Part shown: piece by piece, positions 26,279 to 38,605 of the stretch
Numbering within the stretch: the first letter of the stretch is position 1
Layout: each line of letters opens with the position of its first letter
NCBI GenBank assembly: GCA_950097015.1
Contig: CATNEN010000003.1
Span: 9,486,001-9,550,000, forward strand
Source: Macrostomum hystrix
Lineage: Eukaryota > Animalia > Platyhelminthes
Reading direction: 5' to 3'
DNA: 64,000 nt
The notes under the pieces: generated by a model
Told to the model about the DNA's origin: nothing
Databases searched by the model: none
What the model saw: the letters and a program-made list of their open reading frames with translations, nothing else
Position numbers and translations under genes: made by a program

Positions 26279-28387
26279 GTTAACTAACTTGAAACTAGAT
26301 TTTATGTTCGAATACGCACATTCGGCACCCGAAATCGGCACCCAATTGACACCATTCTACGTTGCACCCCACACAACAGCTCAGTTAACTTTCCACTAAA
26401 CTGAGGAAAGTACTCAACTAACTACTACTAAGTCTTTAGTCATTTGTCTTTGTCTCCGGGATCTCCTGTCTTTGTCTTTGTTTCTGGTTTTTCTGTTGTT
26501 GGGCTCCAATGCTTGAACTGGGAGTGATATCAAATGAATTGATACCAATCTATGGTGGCAGTGAGCGGCTGGGTTGTTGCTGAAGGCAAAGCAGTAGGGG
26601 AATAATGAATGAATATGAGGGTCCCAGAGTCTGCTGGCTTCGATATGTATCCAACTTTTGGACATAAAAAACAATAAATATTCAAATCTCACAGGGGTCG
26701 CGACTCGCAATTCGCAAACGAACCGATTCGCTCATTCGTGGTGTCTGGATTTCCAGGCTGGGGTTATAATTCTAAAGCACCTGGACTATGAATCTATTGA
26801 ATCTATATTGAATCTATGGGGGTTCAGCGGCGGCGGGGTTGTTGTAGGGCCAATGCGGCCAATGCTCTGGGGGTATGTGAGGGTCCCGGAATCGATTGGC
26901 TTCGATATGTATCCAAATTTTAGACACAAGGCTAATAAATCTTCAAACCTTGCCTTTTCTCGCAATGGGTCGGCCACTTAATTCTTTGCGTTGTCTTTGT
27001 GTCTGGACTCCCCCCAGTCAGAAGTTGAAACACCTGGACAGGGAGTAAGCTGAATTTTTTCTTTTGCATGACCCCAGATAGGCCCAAGTGGGCACCCTCA
27101 GCTTCTACACAAACTCAATGATCTGAAAGCATTGACATTTGACAGAGAAGCCAGATCTTTTGTTTGCTGCTTCTACGCTCGTAATAAGAATGTAAGATTG
27201 GAAGGAACTATACCATTTCCACTCCAAGTCTGTCACAAGTAACTTCAAATCTGCCAAGAACAAGACAGCTTCCCTGGCAGTGGTGTGCATTGTGCAATAT
27301 TTGATAACTGATCCAATCAACCCCATCGTCTTTATCCATGCTCGGGGAAATGTGGTTTTCCAGTTGTTGGCTCCAAATCCTACAATGCTTGCTATGAAGC
27401 TGTGGTGCAAAATATGCTTACATAAATTATAAAATACTCTACGAGGATCTAGGGTACCGTCTCAAGACTAAGATAACGAAATTCAATTTGACTTCTTATT
27501 GAATTTCAGCGATTAGTGTCGTTTTAATAAGACTTTATCAAATGATCATTTGCATCTAGCTTTTCGGTATTTGAGCATTTGAGCATGATTGTATTACTTT
27601 TAATTCGTACCCGAATCTTTGTATTCTCAAGATTGTTTCATGGTGAATGAGATATGATGGGTTTGTGGAATTTTGTCCATGAAAAAAGATTATTTTAAGC
27701 TACATATTCCTAAAACTGAAGTTAAGCTTTTAAGTACTTGGTGCAGCACAGGATCGCTCGGTTTTGTATCGCGCAAACTAATCTTCACACACGTTGCCTG
27801 AAATTCAAGAAAGTGTAGTTTTCGCTTTCTCGTCAAATAAATTACGAGATGTGAAGGCACCCAAAGTGGGCATTGAACTCTTTGCCTCCATTTGGCTCCC
27901 CAATTTCCTCTTGCCGGTAAAACCAAACTACGGGTTGATTGTCTAGGGGTTTTTGCATTGCATACTAGGTATATCTAGGAGACCATGCTTTGTCTCGTCT
28001 CGAAGTATTTCTTGGTTTATTGTGTCTTATTTTTCCGTGGGCAGTGGGACCATTTTTCCACTATTTGCAAAAAAGCAAGTCCAGGCAGGCAGTGCGGGAT
28101 GCGCAGTCTAGTTATATTTCTTGGTCTGTGCCCCTTGGGCATGCCCCTCTAAAGTATTGTGAACAAAGAAGGATCTGTGCTTCAAATAAAGATCAAGGCC
28201 AGCCAGGCTGTAAATTAAAAATGGCCATGTTTGAATTGTTCGAAGAACGCCTGGATGAGACAGGGGGAAGAGAAGCAGGATTGTTTATATCATTTTTTAT
28301 TGCTTGTTTATTCAGTATTTATGACAGTACATAACTTTATTGCCGGTGGTAAAGAACGAGAGTCGCAGTTTAGTCGCAAGTTTGGGG

Positions 28388-29400
28388 AGAGATGAGGGTG
28401 AGACTGTGAGATAGATGAGGGTGAGACTGTGAGATAGATGAGGGTGAGACTGTGAGATAGATGCGGAGATGAGGGTGAGACTGTGAGATAGATGAGGGTG
28501 AGACTGTGAAATAGATGAGGGTGAGACTGTGAGATAGATGATGGTGAGACTATGAAATAGATGAGGGTGAGACTGTGAGATAGATGATGGTGAGACTGTG
28601 AAATAGATGAGGGTGAGACTGTGAGATAGATGAGGGTGAGACTGTGAGATAGATGCGGAGATGAGGGTGAGACTGTGAGATAGATGAGGGTGAGACTGTG
28701 AAATAGATGATGGTGAGACTGTGAAATAGATGAGGGTGAGACTGTGAGATAGATGATGGTAAGACTGTGAAATAGATGAGGGTGAGACTGTGAGATAGAT
28801 GATGGTGAGACTGTGAAATAGATGAGGGTGAGACTGTGAGATAGATGATGGTGAGACTGTGAAATAGATGAGGGTGAGACTGTGAGATAGATGATGGTGA
28901 GACTGTGAAATAGATGAGGGTGAGACTGTGAGATAGATGATGGTGAGACTGTGAAATAGATGAGGGTGAGACTGTGAGATAGATGATGGTGAGACTGTGA
29001 AATAGATGAGGGTGAGACTGTGAAATAGATGAAGGTGAGACTGTGAAATAGATGAGGGTGAGACTGTGAAATAGATGATGGTGAGACTGTGAAATAGATG
29101 AAGGTGAGACTGTGAGATAGATGAGGGTGAGACTGTGAGATAGATGAGGGTGAGACTGTGAAATAGATGAGGGTGAGACTGTGAGATAGATGCGGAGATG
29201 AGGGTGAGACTGTGAGATAGATGAGGGTGAGACTGTGAGATAGATGATGGTGAGACTGTGAAATAGATGAGGTTGAGACTGTGAGATAGATGAGGGTGAG
29301 ACTGTGTAATAGATGAAGGTGAGACTGTGAAATAGATCAAGGTGAGACTGTGAAATAGATGAGGGTGAGACTGTGAAATAGATGAAGGTGAGACTGAGAT
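28388..29400. repeat. 23-bp minisatellite (GAGATAGATGAGGGTGAGACTGT)n inside the transposon
   Basis: Directly visible. Confidence 0.95.
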
Positions 29401-29934
29401 ATCGATGCTGCGTGAAATATCCTCTGCCGGAACTCATACTCAATCTCTCAACTCTTATACTCTAATATGCTAGTCTGGGCTGGTTAAAATAATTTTTCCT
29501 ACTGGAACTGGTGTTACCTCAACGGTCTACTGACAGTAGCACATCAAGAATGCCTTAATTTTTATTCGCCGTTTTTAGTTTGAATTAAATCAGATCTCAA
29601 AGGACTTGTTACGGACTCACAAAATGAGTCAGGACAGAAAGGACTGAAATCGGACCCCCCAAAATTACGCTGAAAATAGAACAAAATATCCTCGAATAAC
29701 ACCGAAAAAGACATTAACAGTCGGTTTAAAGTCTTTAGACAAAAAAAATTTTTTTTGGAAACCAGCTCATGGGGGACCAATCCGAGTCCGATCAGGGTCC
29801 GCCGGACTCAACCTTTTACACTGGGAAGGTGAGAATTTTCAAACTACGAGACTTACGTACTCGGCGAAAGTTGCAAATAAGAATAATTTACACGGGTAAC
29901 AAAATTTAGCAGCAAAACACTTCAGACGAAGCAA

Positions 29935-31249
29935 ATGGAGCAGCCGAAGACGCTGATGCTGCAGGGAAAAACTGGCAGCGGCAAGAGCTCGCTGGGCAAC
30001 GCGCTGCTCGGCGTGAAGGATGCGGACAGTGAGGGTCCGGAATGGTCGCCTGCCAAACTACAGCCCTATGGGATCATTGTTTTTTATTTATTTGTGTACT
30101 ATTCGTTTTTGTGTCGTAAAAACCTAAGCTCCAGTTTCATTTCGGTAAAACATAAGAATGTGTTTCGCGTCGTCGAAAACAAAGCCAACATTGCAGGGGG
30201 TGAGTTGCAGAACAGCTAACACAAACGCGTTTGCCTGTCGTATTAAGGCCCCTGAGTTAGAATCCTCGGCGAGGCGATATTGGCCACATCCAGATACAAT
30301 GAGAAAGCCATGTCAGCAGATGTACACCCTGAGCGAGCTTGTCTACATACGGTATCTTGTGTGGAATTTCCTCCAAGGACTACAAAAGTAGATGGTCGTA
30401 TATGCGTTATTTTAGCAGTCCATTATGGCCGCTTGCTGGCTGCGGTATACTGTCGTCAAATAGTGTCTGTCAATGTCATGATAACCGTAAGCATCATGAC
30501 ATAAAAGCTCATAGATGTCATTCAGAAAGCCTTTGCATTGTCAAAAAATACACGACTCAAAATTCAGGCATTAAAATATTAAATAAAAATGTTCGCATTT
30601 TCCAGGCGGAGATTGACAATCAGCTGGTGCGCATAGTTGACACACCCGGTGCGATGTCCACCCTGAAAAAAACCTGACGGAGTGACAGCATTCGTAATTG
30701 TGCTTCGAGCGGACGTCCGCTTTACCACAGAAGATTCCGATGCGGTGGCGAACCTGCAACAGCTGTTTGGTGAAAAGTTCTGGCAGCACGCCATCTGCGT
30801 CTTCACCAACGGTGACGCTTACAATGGCAGTAAGGAAAACTTTGAAGCGGAATTGCTTCAGGCTAAGAAGGAGCTGCCAAACTTGGAAAAGCTGCTTTCC
30901 AACGTCGGCTCGCGGGTGCTGATCGTCGACTGTTGCAAGATCAGTCGGAATGAGATTATTGAACTTATTGAACTAGTTAGCAGTGTCGGGAACATGAACT
31001 GTGACCCACGTTATACCAACTGTATGTTCAAAGAGGCCCAGCTCGTTCTAAAAAGCTACCGAGCTAAACAGCGCGAGACCCTGCGCGCTCTGCGCAAAAT
31101 GGAGGCCGAGAAAAACAAGCACATGCAGACTATGATCGCAGAGTTGCAGGAGCGTCTCAAACAGCAGCAGGCAGAGCTTTACAGTCAGTTAAAGTAAAGC
31201 CAGCCAGGCTGCTGAGAAAGTGGCCGACAAAGAATGCTCGATTTTGTAG
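29935..31249 (+). pseudogene. AIG1/GIMAP-family GTPase with coiled-coil tail and C-terminal CaaX; two apparent +1 frameshifts
   Basis: G1 GKTGSGKSSLGNALLG; G3 IVDTPG; PDGVTAFVIVLR..RFTTED; G4 VFTNGD; frameshifts at A7 (30666-30672) and at 31191; alternative frame ends ...DKECSIL*. Confidence 0.8.
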
Positions 31250-31389
31250 TGAGACCGTTAGAAAAATTTACTCGTCCTCAAACGGATCCTCAAACAAAGA
31301 AACTATTTCATAACTTTTGTATGAACTTTTATACTAACGCATAAGATTATCATGTATAATTATACTCAATGCTGATTATTATACCCGTG

Positions 31390-32550
31390 CTGACTATTAT
31401 ACCCGCTCTTTGTGCGCTACTAGAACCCACTGTGTACTGATAAGCCCGCTGCGTGCAATTTAAATCCGCTGTGAATTATTAATACCCAGCTGTGTACCAT
31501 TAAATCCAGCTGTGTACTATTAAACCCAGCTGTGCACCACTAAATCCAGCTGTGTACCATTAAATCCAGCTGTGTACTATTAAACCCAGCTATGTACCAT
31601 TAAACCCAGCTGTGTACCATTAAACCCAGCTGTGCACTATTAAAGCCAGCTGCGTACTATTGAACCTGCTGTGCACTATTAAAGCCAGCTGTGCATTATT
31701 AAAGCCAGCTGTGAACTATTAAAGCCAGCTGTGCACTATTAAAGCCAGCTGTGCACTATTAAAGCCAGCTGTGCACTATTAAAGCCAGCTGTGCACTATT
31801 AAAGCCAGCTATGCACTATTAAAGCCAGCTATGCTCTATTAAAGCCAGCTGTGCACTACTAAATCCAGCTGCGTACCATTAAACCCAGCTATGTACCATT
31901 AAACCCAGCTGTGCACTATTGAACCTGCTGTGCACTATTAAAGCCAGCTGCGTACTATTGAACCTGCTGTGCACTATTAAAGCCAGCTGTGCACTATTAA
32001 AGCCAGCTGTGAACTATTAAAGCCAGCTGTGCACTATTAAAGCCAGCTGTGCACTATTAAAGCCAGCTGTGCACTACTAAATCCAGCTGCGTACCATTAA
32101 ACCCAGCTGTGCACTATTAAAGCCAGCTGTGCACTATTAAAGCCAGCTGTGCACTATTAAAGCCAGCTGCGTACTATTGAACCAGCTGTGTACTATTAAA
32201 GCCAGCTGTGCACTATTAAAGCCAGCTGTGCACTATTAAAGCCAGCTGTGCACTATTAAAGCCAGCTGTGCACTACTAAATCCAGCTGCGTACCATTAAA
32301 CCCAGCTGTGCACTATTAAAGCCAGCTGTGCACTATTAAAGCCAGCTGTGCACTATTAAAGCCAGCTGCGTACTATTGAACCAGCTGTGTACTATTAAAG
32401 CCAGCTGTGCACTATTAAAGCCAGCTGTGCACTACTAAATCCAGCTGCGTGCTATTGAACCTGCTGTGTGTCAATAAATCCTGCTTTGTACTAATAAAAC
32501 CCGCTGTGTGCTATGAAAACCCTTCCTGTGTAGTATTAAAAGTCGCTGTG
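31390..32550. repeat. 20-bp minisatellite (ATTAAAGCCAGCTGTGCACT)n
   Basis: Directly visible. Confidence 0.95.
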
Positions 32551-33204
32551 TACTCGGAAAATAACTCGTGCTCTAAACTCGGTGTTTCACAGTCTACTCT
32601 GGCATTCAACTGCTGACAGCATATCTGTATACTCAGGTTTTTTAATTTAGTCAATTATAACTAAAATAAAGTTACCTAATTATTACTAATATAAATAAGC
32701 AATTTTTCCTTTCAGTTATGTGTATACTTTTCTGGAGTGTAAAAAGTTTAAAAAGTGGAACAGTTTAAAAGGTTGACAAAAAGGCATCTTCATAAAGAGC
32801 AACATAATTCAAATCAAGGTTCATAATCTGGAGTTAATATAAAGACTCGTACGATAAAAAATGTTACGCAGAAAATTTAACAGGAAAGACAAAAAACTTT
32901 TTAATACGCTCGCTTTTTTAATTCGCTCGAATGGCATCATTCGAAGCGTGATAACCACGAAAATGTTATTTTTCTGAATATAAATATATAAAAACATCTA
33001 GGAAAAAAATACGAGTACATAACTCCGAGTACCTAAAAGACTGCGGTTTTAAATTTTGTTCGCATCATATTTGGATTAAAGAGTTTTACAAATAGTGTGT
33101 TTCTTTATCAAAGCATTCGAGTTTATAGGCGTCAGTTTTGTACTTCGCTCAGGCCAAAAAAAGACTGGTTTTAAAAATGAATTGCTGTAGCTCAGTACAA
33201 TTAC

Positions 33205-36200
33205 TTACTTTTCCGGCCCGACTGAAATAAAATTGTCTCCCAGCCTTTTGTCCAAGTTTTTCGGATTGAACGGTCCCTTGACAGAGTTGTCAAGTCGTTG
33301 TGCGTCAGACCACAACGACTTCAGGCGGTATAGCGCGGCGGCTTTGGTTAGCGCGTAGCCGTCTGGAAGACCCACGCTGAGCAGGAACAGACCGGCTGTG
33401 AGATTAGCTTGTTGATGAAGTACCGGATTTTCCGGTTCATATTCATGCAGATTCCGCCACACAACGCAGCTGGCTTTGTTAGCATTGGCATCGCCAATTT
33501 CTGCGCAGCGATGTTGTACACTTTGGCTAGATTTCAGATGTTGGCTGCAGATTTTCAGCAGCTCCGAAGCTCGAAAGATGAATCGATCTGTCGCGCTCCT
33601 ACCGGCCGCATTGTCCCTGTGCGCCAGGAGTAGATAGCAAGGCTTAATACCTTCCGAAGCTGTTTGCTGCTTTATCAAACAGCTAAGAAATTGTTCTTGG
33701 AAGACAAGACCAGCCAGCTCGCTGTTGAGGCATTGATCGTAGGGGTTCGGGCTCGGCTTGATCGGGCTGACTCGTTCATTCTTGATTTTACTCCGCTGCG
33801 ACAGATCCCATTTCCACACGGCCGCGTGCCCCGCGACTAATGCTAGCGCGACTAAAGCCGTGCCAACAATTAGAAGTAGCAGGATGGCGAGTCGTTTGAT
33901 GCAGCTCTTCACATTGTCCCAACGGATCGCGTCGACTAATCTCTGTCGCCAGGTCTGAAGACAGTAAAACAACGATTTGATTTGTGCGCCGAAGAGAAAC
34001 ACAGTTGATGAACCTAGCAGTTTTTTATACCAGCGTATTTCATGGCTTACTCTTCTTGCTGGCGCCATGTTCCACATTTCGCTGTTGCTTTGATATGTGT
34101 GCCTGTTCTGCCACATCTCACCGTTAAAATTGTTAGCGGGTACCAGATAAGGCCACAAGTCATCTAAAGTCGAAATGAAAACTGCGCGAAATTGTTGCTC
34201 TGGAACCTCGAACTGAAATACATACGAGGGTTTGGCAATTCAGCAACAAGTTCTGCATTGATTTACAGAATTGCAATTCACAGCCGCAGCCATTGTGCAG
34301 CGCATCTGAAAGCTGCGTACAGCTCTTCAGTCCATGGACTGCATGGTTTGGCGCCACACCAGCCTCAGTTACCACAGCTAATGCTGGTACCAATTTAGCA
34401 GCTATGTGAAGTGAAGCAATGTACAGTTAATTTCCTTACTAAAGGGCACAAATAGTTTCAGTGGAGTAGGGAATTGAATCTCCGACCTTCAAGCTGTGAG
34501 TCGGCTCTATAAGCTCTAAACGCTTGTCTACAGCCCCTTTAAGTTAAGTAAAAAGGAATTTAGTTTTGCAGGAAAGTAAAGTTTACAGGAATGTGATTCT
34601 ACTGGGATGTATTTTACAGAAATCATACATTGACCGTCACACACCTGAGTTTCATCTTCTTCCGATGTCTCAGTGTCGGTGTCATCAGGCGGTTCGCCTC
34701 TCAGTTCGTGCAGTCGTTTAACAATTCCATTTATCCAATCGCACGGCAGCACTTCATCAATGTCGACTGGCACGCTGAAAGTAATTTTAGCGTACGCAAT
34801 GGTCTGTAGGTGCTGCTGAATATCTAGGGAAGCTTTATCAGCTAACTTTAGCAAAACAATTTACCGGCACAGTGGACACAACCGGTTATATCTCAAGGAT
34901 CTCTAAAATAAAAAAACGCAAGTACTATAAAGGTGAAAAAGTAAGTGCTAAAGTCGTCTTACAGCTAAAATTTTTCTACTTGACAATCGAAATTGAAATT
35001 TATGCTGGTTGGTTACCCGAAGGCAACGATGGCAGAAGGGCTGGGAACATCTCGGACACAGGCAGGCCTTGCGATAGAGTTCAGTGCAGATTGAGCACTC
35101 GAAGCATGCTGAGAACTGCTGGAGGTTTAAGGAGAAAATTGCATGCTTAGCCCTCCATGTACTGTCATATGTAGAAAATTGTGTCGAGTCATTTTTACAA
35201 TCCAATGTACGATGGCAACTCAAGATGTTGTTTATAACAAATTTATGTAGCTAGTGGGGTGTCTGACGATCGGCAAAGTAATAGGACTCAGCTATCAAAT
35301 GATGCATCTACTAGCTGTTGTCAGCTAAACGTTTTCTCCATCCTGACCATGGACGTGTTTCTCTTACCGAGATTAGTTCCGATGAAGGCACAAAAGTAAG
35401 AGTAAGGATTTGATATTTTTCAGCGATTTCCGGCATCCAGCAGCAGTATAGGCCCTCCAAGCTGCAATCGGTACGAGTGCTCGCTTGTAAAATTACAAGT
35501 AAACAAATAATACGTGCTATATAGTCAATCACAATGTTTTACTTTACCTGCACCAGTGGCACTGTCTGAAGCTAACCACATCGTGATTCTAAAAAATAAA
35601 GGTCTTTATAAAAAACAAGGACCACTAGGAGTAGAATCACGGGAAATTACGTTTCTTAGAAAAAAATGGAAGATAGACGAAGATTTACATTATTTAGATT
35701 TAAATGGTGACAGCTTTTGATAGGAAGCAGATACAAAGCTGTCAGGTGCAAAACTTTATAAAATTCGGTAGAGCAACATATTAGGCAATTGATATCAAAA
35801 TAACTGCTCTGTTTCTGCTTCCAATCAAAAGCTGTCAATTTTTCGCGAAAACAAGCTTTCTTCTAAGAAACGTAGTTTCCCGTCCTTCTAATCCTATAGT
35901 GGTCCTTGATAAAATATTAGGCAAATACATCAACAACATATCGATTTAAATGACACGTACACCTATTTTCACCGATATGTATACGGTTTGTTGTTTTCTA
36001 CACTGATAATACAGGTCAGATAACTTCCACAGAAGCAAAGTTAAAAACTTGGTTACGCACCACTGACTCCGCGCACCGCTGGCAACACAGGAAGCGGCAA
36101 CTCTTGCAGATTCTGGCATATCTCATAAATTCTCCGCAACCTTCGCACTCAAAGAATGTAGAAAGAGTCTAAAAAATATTCACAAAAGTGCAATATAAAA

Positions 36201-36581
36201 TTTTTATTTAAATAGGAAAAGCGACTATTTTGAAAACTAAAGAGAGTACTCACAGGTTATATACTCAAATGATTTTTATCTTGAGTTCAGAAATTTTATA
36301 TCTGTTTACTCACAAATTTGAAGTTATAAACAATACAGAAACATAAAATGACTAAGTTCGAGACATTCTCCCAATTTAACTAAAATTATATCTGAGAGTA
36401 GAGGTTCAAAGGTTCTTATAGCGTTCTTTAAATATAAATGATTTGCATTGAAGGGAAAGCTGCAATACTATCAACAAATTAAAAAATGCTAGCACTGGTT
36501 TACCTTGTAATCGTTTTTTTGAGAAGCTGCTGGTGCAGCTAGCAGTTCGCTGATGTCATGGCGTCTTCTGAGCTCAGTCAT
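33205..36581 (-). CDS. Putative double RING (TRIM37-like) + transmembrane + LAP1/LULL1 (TOR1AIP)-like luminal domain protein
   Basis: Exons 36581-36504, 36168-36061, 35997-35963, 35565-35548 give FECEGCGEFMRYARICKSCRFLCCQRC...QCHWC. Exons ~35119-35017 and 34902-34865 give FECSICTELYRKACLCPRCSQPFCHRC...CPLCR. Then an acidic linker, TM LAILLLLIVGTALVALALVAG, and last exon KPCYLLLAH...LKSLW...KRLGDNFISVGPEK. One junction (~34835) is unresolved. Confidence 0.65.
35616..35908. mobile_element. MITE / foldback element in an intron
   Basis: Imperfect long TIR CAAGGACCACTAGGAGTAGAATCACGGGAAATTACGTTTCTTAGAA vs TTCTAAGAAACGTAGTTTCCCGTCCTTCTAATCCTATAGTGGTCCTTG, plus an inner inverted pair. Confidence 0.8.
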
Positions 36582-37917
36582 TGGTGGCTTATTCGAGAAC
36601 TGCGTCAGAAGGACAACTATATGTTACTCGAGTCGTCCTTGGTCTAAACGTTATGTCTCTAGCGTTAAAATGCAGTAAATAACGGTAAAAATATTCAACT
36701 TAAACTTCGTCTATCGATTAAACTTGGAGCTAAAAAAGCATCATGGTTATTTATATAGAAATATATACAAGCTATAGAATGAAGAATGAAACAGAAACTT
36801 ATTTATACTTATCGCTGCGTATCGTCAATATAAAGCAGATCGTATCAAATTAAATTTAGGATATAAATTAAAAAAACTACATATGAAGTTGTATCGCAAA
36901 TTAAAAAGCTGCACATCCAATCAATATGATATTTTTTTATACTTTAGTAATCGTTTTAAAAGCCGCAAAGTTTTTTAAAAAAAATAATCAATTATTAACA
37001 ATGTGCACATATTGTTAAACTTTAGGTATGCAATAGTTAGTGAGATATAAATGTACGAATTAAGCAATATATAATATTTTTATGTCACTGTTTTATTAAA
37101 CTATGGTAAATCAGATGGAAAAAGTTATTTATTTGAAAAAATGAAAGCAGCTAAGAATTCGTTTTTGTTATCAAAGTTCAAATTTTTTTAACAGAACACT
37201 GTCGTTTTTCAAATATTTTCTACTAGATGTTCTACTAAGCGCTTCAATTTCCAAACCCTGCAAGATAAATCGAAGAGTTTTTTGCAATTGCGGTCGCACT
37301 TTTAAGTTCTTATTTGCATTAAATATAAAGCGTTAACAGTAGCTAGGACTGCTAAGCCATTTTGCCGCCAGTTTTTATACCAACCCCCACCCCGAATTTT
37401 TTTGACAGCGCCTGAATGCTAACAGCGTTTGGTGGTGACTGATTGGTTGACAGACTATGCGATTGTTTCATGTGGTTGAGCTGCGCCTAAAAGGCTTCTC
37501 ATCAGTGAAATTAGAGAAATTCGCGTCAGGGTGGCCTATTTCCACCTTTTGTAGCCCTTGAAGGTCCAGCAGTCTGTCTAGATAGAGGTAGGTGACCACC
37601 GAAGACGGAGATCATGCAGGCACATTCGGGTGACATGCTGATAAGTTCTGAAGGCCTGACAAGGCCGCACTGAAGCGCAGAGAGCTAATTCGTGTATAGG
37701 GAGGGTTGTAAAAAAATAAAAAACGTGACTAGCGCCAATGGAAAAAATCCAACCTTCGGCCAGATCCATCGAATAACTCGACGGTTTTGTTTCAGAAGAC
37801 GCGTAACAAAAGTTGGCCCGTGTTCTTAAGTTTCGTGCATTGTAGTGCAGCACAAAATTGTAGGTAGTTTTAGGTAGTTCTACTGTGAAAGGATTTAAAA
37901 TATTTTTAAAAATGTTT

Positions 37918-38325
37918 TGTTACAGAAGCTCAGTCTGTTGCGTGGCCTTAGCATGACTTAGTTTTCTTGTAGAACACACTACTATCCTGGACCACACTGT
38001 TCTTCGACGAAAACCGACGGCTATTCGCTTCTATGGTCAGAGACGTTCAGGGCCTCGTTGACCTTATAGATGGCTCTTCTGCAACATGCGGCGGAGTACA
38101 GACGCCTTCAACACAGGATAGTTTGCCGGGGTCTCGGAGGTGCTGAGAACTGATGCAATGTTCTCCGGGAGTCGGCAGAGCTGGTGTCCAAATCGTGTCT
38201 TCTCCGATATATTGATATGTTGAGCAATTGAAACTGTCTGTCTAGTACACGAAACCATGCAGACTTCCGGGTTGTTCCTGAAAAATCGAAGATTTGAAGT
38301 TGTGAAGTATCACTACGCCGAAGTA
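37918..38325 (-). mobile_element. Second copy of the Penelope-like GIY-YIG fragment
   Basis: High similarity to 13845-14212. Confidence 0.5.
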
Positions 38326-38475
38326 TGTCGATCACGTCGTCGAAATTTCACTACGCCAAAATTTCTTATCCCTACGTCGAAATCTCCTGTCCCGCCCTTC
38401 AGTGCGACTTGACGCTGTGAAGTATAATCTTATCTCTGCAGTGCAATTCGACGTGATATTCGAATTACGTCTGAC

Positions 38476-38605
38476 CATGATTTCATTAACGGCTCACCAT
38501 GTTTTCATTAACGGCTCACCATGTTTTCATTAACGGCTCACCATGTTTTCATTAACAGTTCACCATGATTTCATTAACGGCTCACCATGTTTTCATTAAC
38601 GGCTG
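38476..38605. repeat. 22-bp tandem repeat (CATGTTTTCATTAACGGCTCAC) x~6
   Basis: Directly visible. Confidence 0.9.

Larger units (their letters stand above)
20801..29825. mobile_element. CMC/EnSpm-type DNA transposon copy B (~9.0 kb), apparently coding-intact
   Basis: Left end CCCGGTGTAAAAAAACGAATCCGGCGGAC; right end GTCCGCCGGACTCAACCTTTTACACTGGG; AA on both flanks (possible 2-bp TSD); right TIR may instead belong to copy A. Confidence 0.75.

Noticed and set aside
29886-29898. TTTACACGGG|TA as an alternative right end matching copy A's TA flank
   Set aside because: Only ~10 nt similarity with a gap, and no subterminal motifs
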